The position numbers were made by a program, and so were the translations under genes. 64,000 bases of DNA, from the NCBI GenBank assembly GCA_013239625.1, contig MU053365.1:969566-1033565 (forward strand). The letters run 5' to 3'. Shown in pieces: positions 1 to 12,269 of this stretch. How positions within the stretch are numbered: the first letter of the stretch is position 1; each line of letters starts with the position of its first letter. Under the pieces are notes generated by a model. The model saw only the letters and a list, made by a program, of their open reading frames with translations, did not search any database and had not been told where the DNA came from. Source of the stretch: Lama guanicoe (lineage: Eukaryota).

Positions 1-29
1 TCTTAGCTCTAGCCAAACTTCGGAGACCG

Positions 30-125
30 GGGTTCTAGTGCTAACTGCTACCTGGCCTTGTTGGTTGTATGACCCTGGCCAAGTCATTTCACTACTCTGA
101 GACCTAGTTTGATCATGCATGAACT
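30..125 (+). mobile_element. MIR SINE core fragment
   Basis: 'tgtatgaccctggccaagtcatttcactactctgagacctagttt' resembles the MIR core (tgtgaccttgggcaagtcacttaacctctctgagcctcagttt). Confidence 0.6.
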
Positions 126-1994
126 TTGCATTTTCTGTTCACACCTGCTATTTTAAAGCTCCTCCAAGGTGCCTTGGGCGTGGCTGCTGCAGAGTTGGAG
201 GGACAGCTGGTGGCTACAGCTTCCTTCCCCATTTTTCCCAAAGGAGCTCTGTCTTCATCCACACATAATGGGCTTTCATGCAAGATCTTGTTTTACAAAG
301 AATTCTGCTGCTAAAAATTTTAAACCACTGGCCTTTAAGGTTCAGTGAATCTGTAACTTTGATTCCAATAAAAGAATCAAACCAGATAAATCTGGAGAAA
401 ATATCAACTTGCAAATTAGGAGGGGTCTCCCACATCCTACAGGGAAAGCTTAATATCTGGATAATGACAGTCTCCATATACTATGATTAAGGGACTTTTA
501 ATCGATTTAAGTAAACAATAAGGATATTTTTCACTGAAAAAGCTGAAGATGTTCTTTCTCAGGAATGTGTTCAACCCTTCATCAGTCTACTATTCTCATC
601 TCCTGTTCGCTTCCCCCTTTTCTGAAGAGGCCGTGTATGTGCTTTATTTTGTAATGGGCCAATCTCTTTTTTTCTCTGTCTCGTTTACAAGCCAGAAAAG
701 GTAGATGCTTGAGAGTAACAGAAACAACTGTCATCAATACTGGGGCTGGGAAAGGGCTTAAAGGAAAAAGCTTCCCTTTGACTAAGAGATTCCAGACGGG
801 TCACTGAATTGCTTGGAGATCCCCTATTAAACCTGAGGGGAAATGAAAGTAAGTTCCCCTTTAAAAAAAATCTACTTCGATGGTATCTTACATTCTAAAT
901 GAAATAAGGATATTCACAAAGGCTCTGTTATCTTATTCATCTCTCTGAAATCACACACAGATATTCAGAGATGTACCTGCACTTCCTACTTCTGCATATT
1001 ATACCTTTAAATCACCTAATACATAATAGCTCTTGTACAAAAAAATTCATTAAAGGGTTTCCTTTTCAGCATAACTGTTAAATCAGCAGCTCATCCAATG
1101 ATCTGATGCAGAATGTAACAAGTTCCTGATGGAGTTGTGTTCCCTTTGAGAACAAGTGTTTTTTCATCACCCTCTTAGTCACCTAATTTGACTGAAATCT
1201 AAGATCTTAATGCATCAGTCTTGTTAATTCTCTTGCCAGTACGTAGGAAATTGAAGCAATAAACCACAACTTGTTTGTAGTGGTGTTAACATTATTAAGT
1301 ACTCAGCTAGCTGACAAGAGCCCCATTTTTCCATTAAACTTAAACAGCAGCTTCATGCATATTTAGCTCTTTGGCACTTTTCTTATTTTCCCCCTGATGA
1401 CTTGTTTAAAAAGTTGACCTCAAATTCACTACACTCCACTTCACTTTTTTTGTAATCAAAGTTATGACATATTGCTTTAGCAAATGGCTATTGTCTTTTT
1501 ATTACTATTTTTTAAGCACTATTCAACTGCTAGTTCTCTGTAAGAAAATACACAGCATTTTTTTCCTCATTATGCTAGTTAATGGAACTGGACCTTGAAA
1601 TTGCAGTACTGCATTTCAAAAGATAGTATTTCAATCGTTAGGTATTTGAATATCCTGTGTGATTTTTATTATGATGGTTGTTGTTGTTATTATTATTATT
1701 ACTGATTTGCTGTGGGAGCCACTTGCACTTTCATCTAATTCACTAGTTTGCTCCACATTTTAAAAGCTTCAGTCTTGGAAGGCACATTGGCCTTTCTGCC
1801 TATTGCCATGTGCGTGGAAAATGCTCTCGCCTTGGCATCAGGTCACACCCACAACTGACAGCTTGAACATAACCACTATGTGGTATGAGAACCTACGGAA
1901 GAAGTTACTTGTAACCTCCGCAACTAGTTTATTGGAAGCTAGCTGAAAACTTCAGACTAGTGTCCAACACTTTGTCTTCGCATTTTTAAACCCC

Positions 1995-3010
1995 ACGCTC
2001 ACAATCTTTCTCCCCAAATTAGCTTCCTCGCTATGCTTCCCATTTCTGCCAACAGCTCTTTTCTGTGACCCTCTCAAAACCTTGGATGGTCCTTGTTTCC
2101 TCCATTTCCCTTGCCCACTAACCTATCCAGTCATAAAAGTACTCTCCATTTCTTCTTTGTAATCACTTCCTCATTCTATTGCCAATAATCCCACTAAAGT
2201 CCAGGTCTTCACTACTTTACTCAAAGGCAGCCAAACTGGTTTTCTTGGCTCTAGTCTGTCAGTCAATACAGACTATTAACAACAGCCACAGTTTTCCTCC
2301 TAAAACACAATTTTGCATACAGGCAGCTGCTCGACAAGTATTTACTGAGTACATACTATGTGCTAAGTACTACAGTGGGCTCTGGGCTGAGAGTGATGAG
2401 CAAGGCAGGCACGGCCTCCTGATTCTTTGAGTTTGTATTATTGCAGAGAAGCTAGACATTCACATTCACCCCTTCTCAAAACCTTCAGTAGACCCTCCCC
2501 TTAGCAAATACTCTGGATAAAGAACTCTTAGTGTAACATTCGGGGCTCTCACAATGTGGCCCTAAACTACCTCCTCAACTTTATATCTCACTATTACCCT
2601 ACATGGTCCTGCACACTAGCTCTATTCATTATTCCCTAAACATGAAAATCCTCCTTCTCACCAACTTGATCTCAAGCAACTTGAGATCATATACCTCTTG
2701 GATACTCAGAATTCGGCATGGAATCCTCCTGATGATAGAAAGTCAACCAATGGTTGCCATTGATAAGGAAGCATTTTACATCCTAGTCTAGCATTCTGAG
2801 ATATTCCTCCTATGTGAACCACTGGCACCATGGAGCCATCTTTGTCCTTGTATTTACCACACTGTGTTGTAATTATCTGTAGGCTCTACTAAGGTATTAT
2901 TAGCTTATAGAAAACAAGGTCCCTTCTCTCCCTTTTTGTCTGTAAGCTACTATAGTGCCTGGTACACAATAGCTCCTCATTAAATTAATGGATGAGTGAA
3001 GGAACGAATG
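1995..3010 (+). mobile_element. L2 LINE 3' region, old and fragmented
   Basis: Pyrimidine-rich L2-like blocks ('ccccttctcaaaaccttcagt', 'tagtgcctggtacacaatag') ending in the L2 (TGAA)n-like tail 'ggatgagtgaaggaacgaatga'. Confidence 0.6.
2330..2458 (-). mobile_element. L2 3'-end fragment nested in the opposite orientation
   Basis: 'caagtatttactgagtacatactatgtgctaagtact' is the reverse complement of the L2/MIR 3' terminus. Confidence 0.55.
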
Positions 3011-4449
3011 AGCATAGAAACAACCCTGCTATGGTGAATTTCATATTCTCTGGAAATGATGGATAATCAATCAGGTAACTAAAGGTATACATTTACATAA
3101 AAAAGAAAAATAAAATCAGAGTGGCTTCACCAGTTATGTGGTTGGTGCTATCCTGTAACTAAGTCAAAGATAAGTTTCTATTTTCCTTGAAAATATACAG
3201 TATTATATATGTATTCACATTTACATTCACGTCTGCATCTACATACATACACATTTATATCTGAAAGGACCTAGGAACTGCCCAACTAATTGCTGCCCCA
3301 AATAATAGTCTTTTCGAGAAGAACATGGAAGCTATTCTTTTCAAATAAAGGAATATGAACAAAAACCGTAAGCTTTACAAAGTCCCAAAGGGAGTTCCAA
3401 GGTTGGAGCCGGATGCGATTACCAGCCACTATATATCATTCAAATACAGCTTTTAAGGAGGAAACCATAGCCCATAGGGATCAAGTGGAGGAATTTGCAA
3501 TTCATCATCTGTATTTTGGAGTCTGGAACTCCAGTCTGTCCAACCCCATTAAATGCTCCCTCTATCATAAACATGCAGGCATCCCAGCTAGTTAGAAACA
3601 TGCGCAGCATCTGAGTTTAAAATAAATAGTTGAACTACATACTTCTTGAGCACCATATAATTGTGTTTTCTAAGTATTTAGCTGTTTCTGAGACTTATCA
3701 GACAAAAGATATTCTAGGAGCCTAAGCATCATCTTAAGAATTTCATAATAATCAATAAAAATAGCACCTATATGCCTAACTACTTCCTTCCTAGGCATTG
3801 TAATTTACTTCCATTAATGCATCCCCAGAAGTCAAATTATCATCTATATTATATCATTTATCCATTCTATGAACTTCTTTTTAGCACAAGTAAGCTGCTT
3901 CTACATTGTTTCTATTTATAGAATGAGTATCCATTCCTTTTGTGATCAGAAAAACAATACAGTCATTTTCAATTTGAAAAAAGTTAAATAAATAATCAAA
4001 ATTTCATGTAGTATTGTAATTGGTCTATTAGCAGAACTACATATGGCACTAAATTCATTAAGAAACAAGGAAAAGAGACATGGAGAGGATAAGAAAAAAA
4101 ATAAGAACATGGAGAGAGAAAGTGAGTTTTAGCTGTGTATTTTCTGCCCAAAGACAATAATCAACGTGAAGTACTATAACTCACAGGAAAGAACTAGCAG
4201 AGCAGCATAGTTACAGAAAATGGGAGCCCTACCCAAGTTATGGCGAATGCAGCAAACGCATGCTAGTGCCTTTCAAATATGCTAATCAAAATCCCAGAAC
4301 TCAGCATTTATATTGTGTTTAAATGTCTTCCAGGGAGGCAGACGGATGAGTGAGGTCACCTGAAAATCCTTCCTCCAAATCACCTTTAACATAGCTATGA
4401 AACAATCAGGGGGAAAATGATCCTTCTCTGCGACCAAGGTGAACACAGA

Positions 4450-5085
4450 AAACAAGCATATTCCACATTCACTTAGAAACATGTCCAATCTTTCACACCA
4501 GGTTCCCGTGATGCAACCAGACAAAAAAGTGCAACAGTCAAGATGAAAGAGTGAATCACAAGGAGTGAATAGGCTTGATGCCACAGAAACCTGAATTATT
4601 GAAGCAGAGAAATAAATGGAAAAATATCCCTAAAATGCTCTGTAGAGATTAGAGAAAAAAATAACCACTGTGGAAGGTAAGTCACACAGTCTACTACCAG
4701 TACCGGGTGTTTCTGAGGTAGTAAATGGAGCCAATGGATTACAAACAACAGAGTTATAATAGGAGAAAAATTTCCCATTTAGAAAAATGCCTTTACTGAG
4801 TTGGATATTGGAGATGCTCACCATGTTCCACATTATAGACAAAATTACCAAACAGAGATCAATATACATCCAGATATGTCCTGGAAAATTGTTACTGAAA
4901 AGATTCCTGTCAGCATTTGAGCAACAGACAGAAACTGAAATCAAATTATCCATGTTTTGCTCTTTTCAACAAAAACTACCAAAAGACAAAGGAGCAATAT
5001 TTACAGGGTTTTGAGGGAGGGTACTGGTGACCTAAGAATTTAGACCCAGCGAAGCTGTCTTGAACATATAAAGGCAAAAGGAGGG
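4450..5085 (+). mobile_element. Ancient HAL1 / L1 ORF1-like remnant
   Basis: Degenerate ORF1 motifs: 'ataataggagaaaaatttccca' (II.ENFP-like, ~4755-4777) and 'ccagcgaagctgtct..tataaaggc' (PAKLS..YKG, ~5046-5075); A-rich. Confidence 0.5.
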
Positions 5086-6344
5086 TAGGCCTGAGATCTG
5101 CAAGGTCGTAGATAACGCACCAGCCCAAAAAAAGAGGTGGCTCAGATTACTAAGCATGAAAATAAGGAGATGGGGCAAGAGACGACACCAGGAAGGTTGT
5201 GTTCACTTTCTCTTTTGGGTAATGGGGAGCCTTTGAAGGATTTTAAATGGTAGAGAACTAAAGTAGTGCGCAGAAAGACCAGTCATAATCATCTAGAGGA
5301 GGCAGAGTACTAGACAGAAAACAAGGCTACTGAAGCGGTGATTTCTTTGTCCTTCGTTGTTTTGTAAAAATTCATTCAGATATACATGTAATGAATCAGG
5401 TGGGCAACTGGTCTGATAGAAAGGTTTAGCAAGAAAAAGTATTAGATGAAGTGGTTTTCTTATGAGGACCACACCTGTCTGAAGGCAGTGGCATGAGGCC
5501 AGACTGAAGACTGGGAAGTCAGAGGCCAGGCCTTGTTCTCTACTCTGTCTTCAGGACCTATCAAAGTGTCTGGCACAAAGTATCAGCCACAGCAGGGAAA
5601 AAAAGGATCAAATGTGTTGTGTTTAATTAATTCACTGTGTTTGTGAATATATTCCTAGTCCAAAAGCCAAGCATGGCTTAATTAGGTCCTCCTGCCTTAT
5701 GAAATGTCACAAACCCAAGAAAAATGGGATGAACCTGGCTATATTATGAATACTTGACTTGTGATTATTAAACTTAGCTAGGAAATGAAGCAGCTTTCAT
5801 TGACTAAGAGGCTGTCCTCAGCACAGACTCTCACTTGTACAGGAAAGAAATTTATTATGTTGCTAGTTAGTCTTCCTTGATTCTGTCTTTAGGCAGGATG
5901 CAAATTCTTCTAAAACTTCTTAAATGTTCACATGTCTATAATGTGTATAAAAAACACTAAATTTCATTCAATGAGATAGGTCCACTTGTTTTACAAAGAT
6001 TGATTGCGTACTCCCTCCCATATAAACCTTCCCTGCTGAGGAACACACACTATGGTGGGCTATTTCCCAAATGGAAAGGCCCTACTGGGTCAGGCAAATC
6101 ATCCATCCAGTCTGATATGTGGCGCTTCCCATAATAATTTCTTAAAATAGATGATAGTTCTTTGAAACCTTGTACTAGGTTCAGCCTTTGATTTCAGCTG
6201 TGGGGTACATCAGAAAATGTCCTTTCAGAAAAACTTGGCAGAACTGACAAAGAATAATAATCAAGTCTAAATTACGAAGGCCCACCAAAGAGGGTCTGGG
6301 CTCAGCTCTTTATCAAAGAACAGCATTTGCTGGGTAGTAATGAG

Positions 6345-6455
6345 ATAACGAAGGACTCCTTTTGCTCCGAGGCAACTTGAGTCGCCCGAGAGCTAAGAAT
6401 ACCAGCGTGCTGTGCATAGGGCGGAGGCTGTCCCACAGGCTGACGTCACATAGGT
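6345..6455. promoter_or_regulatory. Candidate regulatory element: GC box plus full palindromic CRE
   Basis: GGGCGG at 6419-6424, TGACGTCA at 6441-6448, about 7 CpGs in ~105 bp of non-repeat sequence; motif evidence only. Confidence 0.35.
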
Positions 6456-7789
6456 GTGCAGCAAACTGAGCACATACAACTGCCTTCTCCCTATTTTGTA
6501 TCTTCTCCCAGCCATACCCAGTGCCACGTATTTTATAGAAAAACTCAGTCTGCACTGCCATCTTCAAGGGCAGACTCTGAGCTTTTCTATAATTCCCTTC
6601 TCCCATTACAAATTAGGCCTGGATTTTGTAAAGGGATTTTCCCCCGTTAGTGTTTAGTGCCTGGTGCACAGCATCTGCGTAGGTCTTATTATATTATAGG
6701 CACAGCGTGAATTCAAAAGACTAATATGGCATTGTTCCTTTTTTAGAAGAAGTAAGAATCTAGATTCAAAGGTCCCAGAAACATCTAATTCAGGGGCATT
6801 GACCTTGATCTTAAAGCCAGAACATTTTAGGTCTTCTTTGTAGCTCTGTCTCTGAACGTGCAAACTAAAGACAGAAGGAAAAAGCTGCAAAAAACTGCCC
6901 TGGGAACACTGAGGGAAAACAAAACACTGGGATCAAATATTCCCCAAGGATAATTAGGAAGTCACAACATCAAGTGTGGTATGCGTATGAGACTTCAGAA
7001 GAAAGGGAGCAAGGTGGGGGAGGGGGGTGCGGGGGACAAACATGCATTCTCGTTATATAGATGCGAAAGAGGACTTGCTACCGGCATGGAAAAAGTTAAA
7101 GAGATTCCGGGTAAATTAATGAAGTGAACACTAAATTAGTTAATGAAGTGAGCACCACAAAATTAATGAAGCAGGGACTGGTAGAGCTGATTTTCAAAGA
7201 GTAACTCTGTACATGTAAATTTGGAGTTTGGCCTCCGAACATTTTGAGAACCTGGCTACTATTACCCAAGATGCAACTGGATGATATATTGCCAAACAAC
7301 ACTTCTTTTCAAGTAATATAAATAAGCAACGTATCTTCAGATCTCTGAGCCGTGGCTTTATTTTTATCCCATTGGAAAGACTGGCATCAGACCGAATAAG
7401 ACCAAAAGATTGAAGAATATTAAGAAGAAGGAGCCAATGAGAGAAATACTGACGGAGACAATGACACTGCCACTTTAGGGGGCTTGCCCACCTGGCTCAC
7501 CCACCTGTGAGCGTTTAAACAAGGGGGCCTTCCAATACACAAGACCTTGGAGAGAAACCAAACATGTGGCTGGGCCAATAGTGCAGCCTCAGATTCTCAC
7601 CTCAACTCTGTTCCCATTTCAGGAAATACTCCATACTCCGGGTCCAGGGAGGTGCTGCCTGTAGGCCTCTTCCCTACTTTGACTCCATTCTAGGGTGATC
7701 CCCAGGCACCCCTCAAGCCCCTGCCTCCCCACTAGGGAGCAGAAGCACACATGACTTTTACCCATACCTGCCATTCATGGAATGCTTTC

Positions 7790-7940
7790 CAACATAGCCA
7801 CGTGTATTACACATGCGGTCCCATTTGCCTCGTGACCTGTCTCACACAACTTTATCAGGTCGAATTTCTTCTAATTCCATTTTATGAATGAGGAAATGGA
7901 GGCCCAGAGAGATGTGATGCCTTGCTCATGGATATACACG
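7790..7940 (-). mobile_element. MIR fragment
   Basis: 'ccattttatgaatgaggaaatggaggcccagagagatgtgatgccttgctca' is the reverse-complement MIR core. Confidence 0.7.
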
Positions 7941-7949
7941 TTATCTATA

Positions 7950-9215
7950 AATCGCTCTTTTTGTAACCATCTGTATATCTATTAAGCTAAATATAAGTTT
8001 ATATTGATGTCTCCAGCTGCAATTCAGTACCACGTGGATCATTCTAGTTTCCTCCCTTTGCTTATCTAAACTCTCATTCCAACAGTGAGAATCCTGGTTC
8101 CCACCATCTGCCAACCATTTTCTTAGTTGGTCGACTCCAGTATACACGTATAGTATCCAGTATATATGAAAAACTCCACTCATTTCCAAGGTTACTCAGG
8201 TCAATATACCATTCCCCCAAGGCCTTCAGTGAGGTGGCTCCACACATTTGTAAAGGCAGTTAAGATTCTTCAGTCATGATCTGCCTGCCTCCCTGGGATT
8301 CTCCCACTTCCACAATGATTTTTTCAATTTTGTGTACATTCAGGTTTACTCTTTGTGCTGTAAAGTTCTGTGGGTCTTGACAAATGCATAGGGTCAAATA
8401 CACCGTTATTATTTTGTACACAATAGTGTCACCACCCTCAAAAATATCCTCTCTGCTTCACCTATTAACCCTCTCCACTCCTCAAACCCCTAGAAATCCC
8501 TGATCTGTTTCCTGTTTCTATAATTTGCCCTTTCCAGAATATCACATACATGGAGTCGTGGCTTTTCAGACTGGTTTCTTTCACTTAGCAACATTCATTT
8601 AAGATTCATTCAGGTAGCTGAGTGTATCAATAGTTCATTCCTTTTTATCATTGAATAGTAAATCATTGTCTGGATGTACCACAGTTTGTTTATCCATTCA
8701 CCTACTGAAAAACATGTTGGTTGTTTCCAGTTTTGGGTGATTATAAATGAAACTAGTATAAACATTCAAGAGCTGTGGACATGTTTTCCATTCACTTGAA
8801 TAAATATCTAGGAGTGTGATTGCTGGGTCATATGTTCAACTTTATAATAAGCCACCGCCAAACTGTCTTCCAAAGTGGCTGTATCATTTTGCATTTCCAC
8901 CAACAATGAATGAGAGTTCCTGTTCCTCCACATCCTCACAGCATTTGGTGCTGTCAGTGTTTGGAATTTTAGCCATTCTAAAAGGTGTGTCTTAGTATTT
9001 CCTTGTTGTTTTAATTTGCATATTGTTAAAGGTGTCTGCTCAGATATTTTGCCCTTTTAAAAAACTGCTTGATTTCTTTCCTTGCTGTTGGGTTTCTTTA
9101 TATGTTTTTGGCACGAGTCCTTTTTCAGATATGTGACTTGCAAACATTTTCTCTTAGTCTTGGCTTGTCTTTTCATTCTCTTAACAGTGTCTTTTACAGA
9201 GCAACTTGAAAAAAA
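7950..9215 (-). mobile_element. Old L1 (L1MD/L1MC-type) 3' UTR plus ORF2 C-terminal region
   Basis: Diagnostic blocks 'ccaacagtgagaatcctggttcccaccatctgcc', 'ctttgtgctgtaaagttctgtgggtcttgacaaatgcat' and antisense ORF2 'ccaaactgtcttccaaagtggctgtatcattttgcatttccaccaacaatgaatgagagttcc'. Confidence 0.85.
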
Positions 9216-9409
9216 TTTTTTACAAAGCCTCTGCTTTTAACCAGTTTTCTATATCTCTTCATTTTTAACTATCTGTCACCATTGAATTCCAGAGCGCTCC
9301 ATCTCTCACCCACTCAGATGGTGTCAGTGACAACAATGAAAAATGCCTTTGGCCAAAGGATTTCCCTGCTTGGCAGCACTCCCATCTCCATGAATGGTGC
9401 CCAGGGACC

Positions 9410-9598
9410 ATATCACTTTGGCTTCCTTACTGCTCCTCCAGCCAGCCAAGAAATCTTCAGTCTCAGGGCCTTTGCACATACTATTCTCCCTGTCTGGGAT
9501 GTTCTTCCACAGATACTGTCTTGGGTCATGTCCCTACTTCCCTACTTCCTATGTATGTTTCTCAAATGTCACCTTCTCACTGAGGCCTATTTTCCAGA
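9410..9598 (+). mobile_element. L2 fragment
   Basis: 'ctcagggcctttgcacatactattctccctgtctgggatgttcttcc ... ctcaaatgtcaccttctcactgaggcct' matches the L2a 3' consensus. Confidence 0.75.
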
Positions 9599-11359
9599 AC
9601 TCTGGAGACCACTGTTGCCCTAGCAGCCAGTCAGGAACTATTTTAGGGTCTATCCAGCACTCTGGTGTGCCTGGGAGTGGGGAGCAACTCGGGGTCTGTA
9701 GGCAAAGGGTGGGCCTGCATTGATACCATGACCTGGTCTCCCATCTCAGGAGGAAATACTAGAAGGCAGCCTCCCAGGGTGCTATTTCTCAAAAGTGTCC
9801 AGATACTAACTTCAGTGACTAAAAAGCAATGCTGGTTTTCTCTCTGATGTTCTTCAATAAAGTCGGTAAGCTGAGTTGTAAGTGTTGGCATTTTTTACCA
9901 TGAACTCCGTACGGTGATGTTCATTTTGAATGGGGAAACATGAGGCCAATGAATATTTTTATTTTCTGAAATTATTTCCCATGAACAAAAGTTTGCTCAC
10001 CCCTGGAGGAAGGCATGTGCTTGCCCAGGCCAGGGTACAGTGGATCAGGGTCAGTGACCACGGTTGGAAATGGGATTGGTTCTCCCATGCACATGACAAG
10101 GAAAGCAAATAAAAAGCCAGATGCGAGTCGTAGCTCCCTACCCCTATGGCACAAGAATTTTCCCAGGCCCACCCACTCACTTACCTCTCAACCCATGGCC
10201 TCTGACCCTCCTCTCCCCAGCTCCCTTCTTCCCTGTTTCCACAGTAGCATCTCAGCCTTTCTCTGCTTCCAATGACCTGTTTATTCCCTTCTTTGGTGTT
10301 CTGACCTCAGCCACGCCCACCTCCCTCAGGGTGCATCCTTCCTTGATTTTTCTGGCCCCAGATGTTCTGGGCAAGACAGGCTTCCCCCACAAACCTCGGC
10401 CCTGCAGAGCGCCCCCAGCAGCAGCCAGGCCAGGCTCTCTCCTTCCTGCCAGGATGCATGCACATTCGAAAAGAGGATTTCTTATTCATAGCAATAAGGC
10501 ATCTGGCTTAGGGATATACAAGATTGGGGCTAAGAGGAAACAGTGAGGAGAGATTTTGCAGCAAATAGATCAGAACAGCTTGCTTTAGCAAGGATTTGGA
10601 TTTTTGTTTCCCTGACCTACAGAATCCTTATAGCTCTCCAGCAGCTTCCAGAGTGGTGCACATTTTTTCTTTCGCAAAGGACATTTATTTCTCCAGTGAA
10701 GAATGGCAGAATACCAGCTATGGTAATCCCTAAAATTAACAGTGAAAAGGCATGGGATGCTGGCAAATATGCCGACTGCAAAGCTAAAATTCAACCTGCT
10801 CTCAGAATAAATGATGTCATGTGTCAGTCTCTTCAGATCAAGAATGGGATCTCCAAACGGTTAAGGTCCTGGGAGTCTTAGTTGCTTTGACAATGTCAAC
10901 TGAAAGGTGAAAAAAGATGAAAAACACGAAGGATCATAATTAAGGTCATAAGAAATTTGCAGCTGTAGGCTCACGTCACAGGCTGCCCGAGCACTGAAAA
11001 TGAACACACCCTGCGTCTGATATCGTGTCTTTCAGTAAGGCTCACCACGATAACAATAACCACCCCCAAAGGAATCAGGCAAAAGAAAATCCGACTCCTG
11101 AGAGACACACTTATATTCAAACAAATGAGACAAATATATTAATAGAAGTCTAAAAGGGAATTCAAGGCCAACAAGAAGGATCATCTTGTTTGCTGAGTGC
11201 TGGAAATCAGGGTTGCTAAAGTTGTCTCATAGTCAAAGGTTAGTGGCTTTAGGAGATATAAAATTAGTTTCCCTTACTGAAAAACGGTGCAGTCAGAAAA
11301 CAGCCTAGATAACCCATTTTCGGAGTCGGCTTCTTCAAACGGTCCTTGAGGAAATCCAC

Positions 11360-11645
11360 AGTTTCTGGGAAAGCCCTTGGGAAGTGCACGTGCCTCCAGT
11401 AATGCAGGCATTCCCCTGGTGCTACAGTCCATCTGTCTGGAGCCTGCCAGGTGGCCCAGCCTCCCTCAGCATGTTGCAGGAAAGTAGCGGCCATTATCCC
11501 AACTGGGAACTTTTACATATGGAGTAAGGGATTGGTTTGGCAAAAAAAGCCAGGGCCAGATTTACTCTTTGGAGCGGCCAATGGCAGGTGACTCAGGTGA
11601 CCAATGAGAAGCTCCCAACTCAATGATCTGGGGAAATTCAGAACG
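11360..11645. promoter_or_regulatory. Candidate enhancer or promoter motif cluster
   Basis: TTCTGGGAA (GAS/STAT, 11363-11371), CACGTG (11387-11392), ATTGG/CCAAT x3 (11531, 11578, 11601), TGACTCA (AP-1, 11589-11595), GGGAAATTC (kB-like, 11631-11639) in non-repeat DNA. Confidence 0.4.
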
Positions 11646-12269
11646 GGGAGGTGTAAGGAATACCCTTGGGAGAAGTATCCTAGGGTTTTTAATGTTTACC
11701 TAAAGATGATAGCCTTTTATCTTTAAGCTGCTCTCTGAAAGGCACTCCCAAACAGAAAGAGTCAACTGTTCACTTTATCTACCTTGGAAGAATAAAAGAC
11801 TCTGTTGACACAGCTCGTCTTAAAATCTCTGGTTTATGGGCCTGGGTATACCTAAACCAGCCCCTCCAGCTAAGGGGTAGGGGATTAATGTGAATGGATA
11901 AACACACTATTCCCTAAAGTAAATTCGAGTTCTTTCACCTAATAATTCAGGTTTTACTGTGTTTAGAAATATAAAACGGGGTGATGTGCCGTTAAACCAA
12001 AATAAATGCTGGGGTGCTGGGGCAGTGATGAAGCAACCACTGAAGAGTCACTGAACAAAGTAGCAGCACTTGGGTGGCCAAAGCATAAGGCAGAGAACAG
12101 TGGCAAAGAGTTTGACATCCCCCTTCTCCTGTGCATAGATCTCAAGGATCCACCATGCAAGGTTTATAATGGGAACAAAGGAAAACAACTATAAAAAATG
12201 GCACTGTAGTTTACAAATCATTTCTTCCTCTATATTTCACCTGATCTTCACAATAATTTATTCATCTTA

